NCBI GenBank assembly: GCA_963764625.1
Contig: CAVXTH010000005.1
Span: 453,532 to 517,531, forward strand
Source: Candidatus Krumholzibacteriota bacterium
GTDB lineage: Bacteria; Krumholzibacteriota; Krumholzibacteriia; JAJRXK01
Length of the DNA: 64,000 nt
Reading direction: 5' to 3'
A program made the position numbers and the translations under genes. Every line of letters starts with the position of its first letter. Position 1 is the stretch's first letter. This document shows positions 19,360 through 28,775 of this stretch, piece by piece. The notes beneath the pieces were generated by a model. That model ran no database searches, was not told the DNA's origin, and saw nothing but the letters and a program-made list of their open reading frames with translations.

Positions 19360-20718
19360 GTGAAAACTATCCACGAACTTGGATCGAAGCGAATTCGCTC
19401 CTCCACGTGGACCCGCGTTCTGCTTCTGGTGCTCAGCAGCGCCTTCCTGTTCAGCCCGCCGGCGCGGGCCCAAACGGAAGCAAAAAAGAATACGGCGTTC
19501 TCCAGCGCGGAAACCTGGTATCTCCGCTCCCGGTCGACGGGCTACGCCTATACGACGGCGCCCAGGACCGCGGTTACGGACGAGATGAACCACTTCGAGT
19601 TCTACCAGCATCTCGATGGGGCGTTCAGTGGGATGGCGCAGGGCAAGCTCGACTTTCGCTTCTCGGGTCGCTTTGCCGACGACTTCGATATGAGGGCCAA
19701 CCCGACCACCCCGCATCGCCTGTACTCGCTCTATCTGCAGTACCACACTCCCCGGCGCGGCCGCGTACGTCTGGGCCGGCTCTTCGTGCAGGAGGGGGTC
19801 GCCAACTACACGATGGACGGCCTCTATGTGGCTTGTAAGCCCACCCGGCGTCTCCAACTGCGGGCGTGGGGCGGCGCCCGTTCGCCCTACAACATGGAGT
19901 ATGAAGCCAGCAATCTCAGTGATGAAACCGCCGTAGGGGCACGCGCTATCGCTCTTCTGACTCCGTGGATGAACCTGGGCATGGACTGGTCCTATCTCGA
20001 GCACGACGGCGCCACCGCCTATCGGAAGGTGGGGGCCGAGGCGATGCTGAATCCGGGAAACGGGTTGCGCACCATTCTGCGGGCCCATTACGAAACTGAG
20101 ACCGAGCAGTGGGACCGAGCGGAGTTGTTGGCGTGGTATCGCCCCACTCCCGGCTGGCCCATGCTGAACCTGCAGTACCTCGACCGCCGGCAGAGCGTGG
20201 AAAAGAACACCTATTGGGAGAGGTTTTTGCCCTCGCTCGATCGCGTGCGTCTGGCCCGTGCCTCGGCGCGCTACGAGAACGCCGAACAGTGGGGAGTGGA
20301 GCTCGAGTACTTCGGCTCCTTCGTCGATGAGTTCCAACAGACGCGTCTGGGCGGAGCGGTTCTCTTCCCCTACGGCCGTCTGGGGTATTCGCTGCGCCTG
20401 GGCGATGCGGGTGAGGAGAGCCGCTGGTTCGGCGACCTTCGCTGGCAGCCGCTCCCCTGGTGGAACCTGAGTGGGGGAGCGATGCTCTCCACCTATGCCC
20501 TCTTGAAGGACGCTCCCGACGACCTCGAGCGCGATCTGGTCACTCTCTACGCCCGCAGCGTCACCCGCCTGCGGGATGGACTCAATCTTCACCTGGAATT
20601 CCAGAGTCTGGACAATCCGCAGTATTCCAAGGACATGCGCTTCTTGATCGGCGTCGATCTCGCCATGGGACGGGGCGCCTCGAGTACCGGACTTGGAACA
20701 GGGGGGTGGTTGCAGTGA
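19360..20718 (+). CDS. Outer-membrane beta-barrel (porin of a porin-cytochrome conduit)
   Basis: Signal peptide ending ARA-Q, alternating aromatic/polar strands and a RLGR...MDG motif. Translationally coupled to the multiheme cytochrome gene. Start uncertain (19237 or 19360). Confidence 0.7.
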   Translation: MKTIHELGSKRIRSSTWTRVLLLVLSSAFLFSPPARAQTEAKKNTAFSSAETWYLRSRSTGYAYTTAPRTAVTDEMNHFEFYQHLDGAFSGMAQGKLDFRFSGRFADDFDMRANPTTPHRLYSLYLQYHTPRRGRVRLGRLFVQEGVANYTMDGLYVACKPTRRLQLRAWGGARSPYNMEYEASNLSDETAVGARAIALLTPWMNLGMDWSYLEHDGATAYRKVGAEAMLNPGNGLRTILRAHYETETEQWDRAELLAWYRPTPGWPMLNLQYLDRRQSVEKNTYWERFLPSLDRVRLARASARYENAEQWGVELEYFGSFVDEFQQTRLGGAVLFPYGRLGYSLRLGDAGEESRWFGDLRWQPLPWWNLSGGAMLSTYALLKDAPDDLERDLVTLYARSVTRLRDGLNLHLEFQSLDNPQYSKDMRFLIGVDLAMGRGASSTGLGTGGWLQ

Positions 20719-21608
20719 AGCAGCTTTTTGTCATCGGTCTCTGCGTTCTGATCCTGCCCGTCTTCGCGGCGCTCGCTCTGGGCGACAGCCCGCCCGCGCC
20801 GAACACGGGAATCCGGCAGGTGCACGACATCCACGCTCAAAACGAGATCGAGTGTGAAACCTGTCACGAGGCGGTTCCGGACGCCAACGCTTTGACCGGA
20901 CTTCTCCCCACGATGGATACGTGCGCGAACTGCCACGACGTCGAGGACGAGAACAACTGCAAGATGTGCCATCTCGGCGATGAGCCCACCGGCTATCCCG
21001 AGGAAGCGGCGAGCATGAGCTCGGGCCTGACGGAACTGGCGCACTTTCCCCACCAATCCCACATCCAGAAACAGGAGCTAGCGTGCACTGGCTGCCATAC
21101 TCCCGATGGCAAAGGCGGAGAGACTTTTCCGCAGCACCCGCAGTGCAGGAGCTGCCATGCGACCGCGGCCGGTTACACGGACTGCTCGATGTGCCACGGC
21201 GACGGCGCCGCGCCGGTACCCGAGAGTCACGGCCCGCAGTGGATGAGCGAGCACGCGCTGGACGCCACCTTCGACCAGAACAAGTGCGAGAGCTGTCACA
21301 CGCAGACCGACTGCCAGGATTGCCATAACGGCGACAATGTCCGTCCGCGGGTGCACGACGTGAACTTCGCGTTCAGTCACGCTCTCGAGGCCCGAAGCAA
21401 CCAAATGCTCTGCCAGACCTGCCACGAGGATCCCGTGTTCTGCTCCAGTTGCCACGCGGCGGAACAGGTTCTGCCGGAGAATCACTCGCGCGCGGACTGG
21501 GTCACCAGCCGGCACGGCGTCGAAGCGAGCTTCAATCTCGAATCCTGCATCGCCTGTCACGATGCCGGTGAACAAGATCCCACCTGTGCCCGTTGCCACG
21601 GAAGGTAG
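20715..21608 (+). CDS. Periplasmic dodecaheme cytochrome c
   Basis: GTG start overlaps the porin stop (GTGA). Signal peptide and 12 CxxCH motifs. Confidence 0.9.
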   Translation: MKQLFVIGLCVLILPVFAALALGDSPPAPNTGIRQVHDIHAQNEIECETCHEAVPDANALTGLLPTMDTCANCHDVEDENNCKMCHLGDEPTGYPEEAASMSSGLTELAHFPHQSHIQKQELACTGCHTPDGKGGETFPQHPQCRSCHATAAGYTDCSMCHGDGAAPVPESHGPQWMSEHALDATFDQNKCESCHTQTDCQDCHNGDNVRPRVHDVNFAFSHALEARSNQMLCQTCHEDPVFCSSCHAAEQVLPENHSRADWVTSRHGVEASFNLESCIACHDAGEQDPTCARCHGR

Positions 21609-21611
21609 ACC

Positions 21612-22040
21612 ATGCGTGTTCGCCAATCCCTAGGCCTATTGCTCGTCCTTCTTCTCCTGGCCCTCCTCGCGGTGGCCTGCGCCGATCGTAAGGATCCCAC
21701 CGGCTCGTTCTACACCGCCCATCCCGAGCAGTGGATGGAGCAGCAGAGCGCCGACTTCCACGGGACGCTGGTGCGGCGCGATGGGCCTGAATTCTGCCAG
21801 AGTTGCCACGGTCAGGATTTCATGGGCGCCGGCGAAGCCCCAAGCTGCTACGAGTGTCACGACGGCCCCGGCGGGCATCCGGCCACCTGGATCAACCCCG
21901 ACCCACCCTTCCACGGCGACCAGGTCGCCCTGACTGGCCCCCTGCCCTGCCGGGATTGCCACGGTCAGGATTACCGCGGAGGCTGGACGGGAGTGTCCTG
22001 CTACATCTGCCACAACGGACCCGCCGGCAGTTCCTTCTAG
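21612..22040 (+). CDS. Lipoprotein tetraheme cytochrome c
   Basis: Lipobox AVA-C and 4 CxxCH motifs (CQSCH, CYECH, CRDCH, CYICH) arranged in two internal repeats. Confidence 0.88.
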   Translation: MRVRQSLGLLLVLLLLALLAVACADRKDPTGSFYTAHPEQWMEQQSADFHGTLVRRDGPEFCQSCHGQDFMGAGEAPSCYECHDGPGGHPATWINPDPPFHGDQVALTGPLPCRDCHGQDYRGGWTGVSCYICHNGPAGSSF

Positions 22041-22086
22041 GGAATTCGGGCCCAGGCGAGCCCCTGCGACGGCAACGTCCGAATTG

Positions 22087-22204
22087 TGTTGAAGAGTCCA
22101 ACAGCCCTGTGGAGAGTCTCCACAGGGCTGTTTCTCACTTGCCCTGCAACGAGTTAGGCCGGTTTTGCGGAGTCATTCGCGTGTCCGTGTAGAAGAACCC
22201 CACA
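22087..22204. promoter_or_regulatory. Three TGT-N11-ACA enhancer-like (UAS) sites
   Basis: TGTTGAAGAGTCCAACA (22087-22103), TGTGGAGAGTCTCCACA (22108-22124) and TGTAGAAGAACCCCACA (22188-22204). The first two are 21 bp apart. Confidence 0.65.
22101..22131. repeat. Perfect 31-bp inverted repeat; possible terminator of the cytochrome operon overlapping a UAS
   Basis: ACAGCCCTGTGGAGA-G-TCTCCACAGGGCTGT followed by TTCTC. Confidence 0.7.
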
Positions 22205-22261
22205 AGCGCACGGAATGAGCTCCGAGACGCGGGAATGAAGCTGGATTTTCATCTTCTTTAC

Positions 22262-22326
22262 TAACAACGAGTTGCAACTATTGTTTTGACAAATTGTCCG
22301 ACTGACCCTTGCGGCATTGGCTATGC
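22262..22326 (+). promoter_or_regulatory. IHF-like site, GACA-N3-TGTC palindrome and sigma54 -24/-12 promoter
   Basis: TAACAACGAGTTG (22262-22274) has one mismatch to WATCAANNNNTTR. TTGACAAATTGTCCG lies at 22286-22300. CGGCATTGGCTATGC has GG-N10-GC spacing (22313-22326). Confidence 0.6.
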
Positions 22327-22404
22327 CTTAGGAAAGGGCGAACGGGCCCCGCCAGGGACCGACCCATTCAGGGTCGCCGGCGATGCCCCTCGGAGGTGAG
22401 AACC

Positions 22405-23097
22405 ATGGTCGTCGTATTGGTTGCCAGCATGTATGTCCTTTTCCTCATCATCGACGCTCTCGTCGACCGGCACAAGCGCAGCCTGCGCGCAGCGGAGACT
22501 CAGGCCCGCCACGCCAAGCTGCAGGAGACCGCGCCGCGCTTCGCGGCCGGCTATTCGCTTCCGGAAGATCTTCACTTTCACCAGGGCCACACCTGGCTAC
22601 ATTGGGTGAGTCCGGAAGAAGCCTATGTAGGAGTCGATGACTTCGGCCGTAGGCTCATCGGGGCCGATAGCCGCGTAACTCCCCCGAATCGCGGAAGCTG
22701 GGTACATCAGGGTGAGCACGCGGCGAAGGTCCTTCATGAGGGCCGCGAAGTTCATCTGCTCTCACCGGTCAGCGGTGAGGTCGTCGGGATCAATCCCGAA
22801 CTCAAGAAAGACCCCTCGCTGATCAACAGGGATTCTTACGGCCGGGGCTGGATTTTCAAGATCAGGGCCGCCGACCTGCACGCGCAGATCTCCAACCTGC
22901 TCTCGGGAAGTCTGGCTCAGCGCTGGATGGAAGACACCCGGGACCGCTTCCAGCGTCAATTGATGATGGCCTCGGGCAGTGTCATTCAGGATGGCGGCGC
23001 GCCGGTTGACGACGTGGCAAGCCAACTGGACGCCGAGCAGTGGAAGCAATTAGCTGGGGAATTCTTTGAGCTACAGAACAGCTCGAGCGCTGACTAG
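22405..23097 (+). CDS. Membrane-anchored glycine-cleavage-H-like protein lacking the lipoyl lysine
   Basis: GGAGG RBS and an N-terminal TM helix. GcvH motifs HTW, VGVDDF, SPVSGEVVGIN and DSYGRGW are present. The ESxK site reads LHEGRE. Helical C-terminal extension. Confidence 0.8.
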   Translation: MVVVLVASMYVLFLIIDALVDRHKRSLRAAETQARHAKLQETAPRFAAGYSLPEDLHFHQGHTWLHWVSPEEAYVGVDDFGRRLIGADSRVTPPNRGSWVHQGEHAAKVLHEGREVHLLSPVSGEVVGINPELKKDPSLINRDSYGRGWIFKIRAADLHAQISNLLSGSLAQRWMEDTRDRFQRQLMMASGSVIQDGGAPVDDVASQLDAEQWKQLAGEFFELQNSSSAD

Positions 23098-23109
23098 GGA
23101 GTGGATGTG

Positions 23110-23892
23110 ATGAAAGCTATTCTCTACGACATCAATCTCTGCATCGGGTGTGAAGCCTGTGTGGACGCGTGCAAGGAGGTGAACGGTCTTCCGGCCGAAC
23201 CCCGGGACCGTCTCTCCTCCACCTCGTTCACCTATCTGACCGATGTGGGCGATGATGTGTACTACCGCCACATGTGCATGCACTGCGTGGAACCCTCCTG
23301 TGCTTCGGCGTGCCCGGTGGGTGCGCTCCAGAAGACGGATGTGGGTCCGGTCACCTATGATTACGACAAGTGCATCGGTTGCCGGTACTGCATGGTCGCC
23401 TGCCCCTTCAGCGTTCCGCGCTACGAGTGGGAATCGAACACCCCGCGGGTTCGAAAGTGTGAGATGTGCAAACAGCGCACGCTCGAGGGAGGCATCACCG
23501 CCTGTGCGGAGGTTTGCCCGACCGAAGCCACCACCTTCGGGGATCGAGACGAGCTCATCGCGACCGCGTGGAAGAGAATCTCCGGTGACCCCGACTCCTA
23601 TGCGCACCGCGTTTTCGGGGCGGAAGAAGTGGGTGGAACCTGCGTCTTGATGATCGGCCCGGAGAAAGTCCTGGAAGCGGCTTTCCCGCTGAATCTGCCC
23701 AATGAGGCCCTTCCTGAGTTGACCTGGAGAGTCATGGAGCGGATTCCCGCCGCGGTGGGCGTCGCGGGGGTGAGCCTTCTGGGCATCAATTGGCTCATTC
23801 GCCGGCGCATGGCTCTGGCGTCAGAGAACGGAACCGCTACGGTGGATTCCGCTACCACGGACAAGCTCGGGCATGAGGAGGACTTGCGATGA
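23110..23892 (+). CDS. 4x[4Fe-4S] protein, HybA/NrfC/HmcB-like, with a C-terminal TM anchor
   Basis: CIGCEACVDAC, CMHCVEPSCASACP, CIGCRYCMVACP and CEMC...CAEVCP. No Tat signal. Confidence 0.88.
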   Translation: MKAILYDINLCIGCEACVDACKEVNGLPAEPRDRLSSTSFTYLTDVGDDVYYRHMCMHCVEPSCASACPVGALQKTDVGPVTYDYDKCIGCRYCMVACPFSVPRYEWESNTPRVRKCEMCKQRTLEGGITACAEVCPTEATTFGDRDELIATAWKRISGDPDSYAHRVFGAEEVGGTCVLMIGPEKVLEAAFPLNLPNEALPELTWRVMERIPAAVGVAGVSLLGINWLIRRRMALASENGTATVDSATTDKLGHEEDLR

Positions 23893-25094
23893 AGGCTCTG
23901 TCCTGGATCATCACCTACCCGTGGCGCGCAATCGGAGTCGTGGTGACCCTCGGTGGTCTTTACGGCGCCTACTTGCGATTCACACAGGGATTGGGCGCGG
24001 TCACGAATCTCAGTGACAGCTTTCCCTGGGGAATGTGGGTGGGTTTCGACGTGATGTGCGGGGTCATGCTGGCGGCCGGCGGTTTCACCATCAGCGCCTT
24101 GGTCTACATCTTCCAGGTGAAGAAGTGGCAACCCATCGCGCGTCCGGCCGTCCTGACCGCCTTCTTGGGCTACCTCCTGGTGGTGGGCGGACTCGAGTTC
24201 GACCTGGGTCACCCCTTCAAGGTCTGGCATCCGCTGGTCATGTGGAACCACCATTCGGTGATGTGGGAGGTCGCCTGGTGCGTGACCCTCTACACGAGCG
24301 TACTCGCCATGGAGTTCGCGACTTTCGTCTTCGAGAAGTTGAACTGGGACAAGCTCTCGCGCGTGTTCCATCACCTCACCTTCCCCTTGACCCTGGCCGC
24401 CGTCCTCCTCTCGATGCTGCACCAGTCCTCTCTGGGCAGTCTGTTCCTGCTCGTGCCGGAACGTCTGCACGCGCTGTGGTACACGCCGCTGCTGCCGGTC
24501 CTCTTCTTCGTATCGGCCATCGCGGTGGGCCTGAGCATGACCATCGTCGAGTCGAACTTGAGCGCGCGCGCTTTCGGACGTTGCATCGAGGGACCCATTC
24601 TGCAGAGCGTGGCCAAGGTCGCGGCCTGGGTAATGGGGTTCTATGCGGTGCTGCGGATCGGAGATCTAGTGCAACGCGGCGCGCTCAGCACGCTGTGGCC
24701 GCTGAATCGAGCTGCTGGATTCTTCTTGGTGGAGATCATCTTCGGGCTTTTGATTCCGCTTGTCATTTTCAGTTACCCCCACTTCCGGCACAACACGCGA
24801 CTCTTGAACCGGGGCGCGCAGCTGGCGGTGTTGGGGTTCATCATGCACCGACTCAACGTTGGAATCACCGGTTTCGAAGTGGTTGCGGGAAAAACCTACA
24901 CTCCCGCCTGGACTGAGATCGCCGTATCGCTCATGCTTGTTGCGATAGGTGTGACCGCTTTCAACCTGGCGGGCCGCTACCTCCCCATCTTCGAGACGGA
25001 GGATCCCGAGAGATTGAAGGTCTGGGCCCAGGAGAAGAAGCGCCTCGCGGCGCTCGAGTTCTCCCGTGCCTCTTCAGTTCCCGATCCGAGGTAG
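23889..25094 (+). CDS. NrfD/PsrC-family membrane subunit, HybB/HmcC-like
   Basis: GLGAVTNLSDSFPWGMW, AAGGF, DLGHP, SVMWEV and LHQSSLGSL motifs, about 10 TM helices. Confidence 0.88.
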   Translation: MKALSWIITYPWRAIGVVVTLGGLYGAYLRFTQGLGAVTNLSDSFPWGMWVGFDVMCGVMLAAGGFTISALVYIFQVKKWQPIARPAVLTAFLGYLLVVGGLEFDLGHPFKVWHPLVMWNHHSVMWEVAWCVTLYTSVLAMEFATFVFEKLNWDKLSRVFHHLTFPLTLAAVLLSMLHQSSLGSLFLLVPERLHALWYTPLLPVLFFVSAIAVGLSMTIVESNLSARAFGRCIEGPILQSVAKVAAWVMGFYAVLRIGDLVQRGALSTLWPLNRAAGFFLVEIIFGLLIPLVIFSYPHFRHNTRLLNRGAQLAVLGFIMHRLNVGITGFEVVAGKTYTPAWTEIAVSLMLVAIGVTAFNLAGRYLPIFETEDPERLKVWAQEKKRLAALEFSRASSVPDPR

Positions 25095-25125
25095 CGAAGC
25101 CGCTGGGTCCCGGGAGTCGATCGGG

Positions 25126-26855
25126 ATGCACGACCATGTTTCTCCTCCGCCCGCTTCCCGCACTCGCGGTGGCGGGCGGAGTTTTATTCAGCTGATCTGG
25201 CGCAACGTGAGCAACTGCGTGGGATGGCGCCTCGTCTTCATCCTTACCATCGTCCTCACACTCTCCCTCAGCACCGCGGGCATCGTTCTGGAGCGCATCC
25301 AACGGCGCAACATGGTCTCGGTGCTCGAGGACACCGCGCGGAGTATGGGAACGATCGTTCTCGCCACCACCCACACCGCGATGCTCGAGAACAATCAGAA
25401 TCTGCTGAACGAGATGATCCAGAATCTGGGAACCCAGGAGCAGATTCTGGCCGCGCGCGTGGTGTCGGCGGGCGGAGAGGTGCGTTACTCTTCGCGTCCA
25501 ACCGAGATTGGCAAAGTGGCCGATCGTACCGCGGAGCCCTGTCAGGTCTGTCACCGCGAATCACAACCGTTCGTGCCCAAGTCTTCCCGTGAAGCACTGC
25601 ACGTCTATCGCCTTGCCACCGGAACCAAAGCCCTGGGGCTGGCGGTGCCCATCCTCAACCAGGCCGAATGTTCCAATGCGGCCTGTCACGTCCACGATCG
25701 AAGCCAGACCGTGCTGGGCATTCTGGACCTGGAGTTCAGTACGCAGCACATGGAGGCCGCACTCTACGAGCAGAGGTCGGGTTATTGGATGCTCTCGGCC
25801 GCTCTCGTCCTGCTCATCTGCCTGGTGGCCGGGTGGGCGGCCTATCGAGTGGTGCACCGGCCGATGCACGCACTGTTGGATGGCACGCGGAGCATTGCGG
25901 CGGGAAATCTGGCCACCCGGCTTCCCGCGCAATCGATCGGAGAGGTGCACGAGCTGGCTTCGTCCTTCAACCTGATGGCGGCCCAACTCGAGACGGCGGC
26001 CCGGGATCGCGAGGAATGGAATCGCACCCTCGAGCGGCGCGTGGCCGAGAAGACGGCCCAGTTGAAGAAGGCCCAGGACAAGCTGGTGCTCACCGAGAAG
26101 ATGGTGTCGCTGGGAAAACTCTCGGCCGTCGTCGCGCACGAAATCAACAACCCTCTGGCCGGCATCCTGGTGACGATCAAGTTGCTCCTGCGCCGTTTAC
26201 CGCGATTGCTCGACGGCACCTCGACCGAGGAGGAGCGCAAGAGCTCCGTGTCGCAGTTGGAGATGGTCGAGCGGGAGACCGCGCGTTGCGGCGACATTGT
26301 GCGCAATCTGCTCCTGTTCTCGCGCCGGAGCGAACTTCAGACCCACATGGAGGACATCGAAGAGATCTTGCAGCGCTGCCTCAAGCTGGTGGGCCACCGG
26401 GCCCAGCTCCAGCAAGTGACCGTCGTCGAGCACTTCCCCAAGGATCTGCCCCGCATCGGCTGCGACGCCAACCAAGTGGAGCAGGCCTGTCTGGTAATGG
26501 TGATGAACGCTCTGGACGCCATGTCCGAGGGCGGCGAGTTGACCCTGAGCCTGGAGCATCTCGAAGCGGAGAAGATGGTGCGCATCAAGGTGCGCGACAC
26601 CGGCACAGGGATTCCTCTGGAGATTCAGGCGCGGATCTTCGAACCCTTCTTCTCCACCAAAGAAAGCGGCCAGGGCACCGGACTGGGGCTCGCGGTGCTC
26701 TACGGCATCGTGCAGCGGCACCATGGCCGAGTCGATTTCCAGTCGCGGCGTGGCGAGGGCACCACCTTCTGGGTGGACCTGCCCCTGCAGCCGCCGCCTT
26801 CCTCTCCCGCCGGACCCTCCTCTGGCGGGGACTTTGAACACGAGGTCATCGAATC

Positions 26856-26859
<4 letters not shown>
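25126..26859 (+). CDS. Membrane sensor histidine kinase with periplasmic heme-c motifs and HAMP
   Basis: Two TM helices flank a domain containing CQVCH and CSNAACH. HAMP domain, VAHEINNPL, DTGTGI, FEPFFSTK and GTGLGL follow. Confidence 0.9.
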
Positions 26860-28214
<1,355 letters not shown>

Positions 28215-28218
28215 GGTC

Positions 28219-28749
28219 GTGGAGGGTCTCGCCTTGGTGGCAGTGGGCGATCTTCCCGAGGGCTATCCGGCCTTCGTGCAAGAGCGACTGCAGAAGGAGA
28301 CATCCATGCTCTGCAGGATTCTCGACCGGGTGCTCGATCCATCGGTGTCCTACGATTCCCAGAGGGCACAGTACAACTGCCGCGTGCTCCTTCCTCTGCT
28401 CGAAGACATGTCGAGGGAAGAGAACTGTCGCATTCTCGGCGTGGCCGACGTCGATCTCTTCTCCCCCATCTTCACCTTCGTGTTGGGCGAGGCGCGGCTG
28501 AACGGGCACTGCGGCCTCTTCTCGCTGCACCGGCTGCATCCCTCCCTGTATGGATTGCAAGAGGACAAGGAGCTGCTGCGGGCCCGCTCCGAGCGAGAGG
28601 CTCTTCACGAGACCGGACATCTCTTGGGTTTGGAGCACTGCCGGGATCCCAGCTGCGTCATGCAGTTTTCGGCTTCGGCAGAAGAAGTGGATTTGAAACC
28701 AGCGGAATTCTGTTCTCGCTGCGCGGCCGTCGGGCGAGCCGCGTTCTGA
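28219..28749 (+). CDS. Archaemetzincin-family Zn metalloprotease (M54)
   Basis: HETGHLLGLEHC-x4-CVM...FCSRC, plus RAQY and FVLGEA. No signal peptide. Probable start is GTG 28219. Confidence 0.88.
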   Translation: MEGLALVAVGDLPEGYPAFVQERLQKETSMLCRILDRVLDPSVSYDSQRAQYNCRVLLPLLEDMSREENCRILGVADVDLFSPIFTFVLGEARLNGHCGLFSLHRLHPSLYGLQEDKELLRARSEREALHETGHLLGLEHCRDPSCVMQFSASAEEVDLKPAEFCSRCAAVGRAAF

Positions 28750-28775
28750 CCCGCGAGTTTCCAGAGGAGGGAGCC

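Noticed and set aside
22405-23097. True gcvH of the glycine cleavage system
   Set aside because: The lipoyl Lys is absent, a TM anchor is present, and gcvT/P are missing.
23110-25094. Annotation as a hydrogenase-2 operon
   Set aside because: No NiFe large or small subunit, maturation protease or hypCDE gene is in the window.
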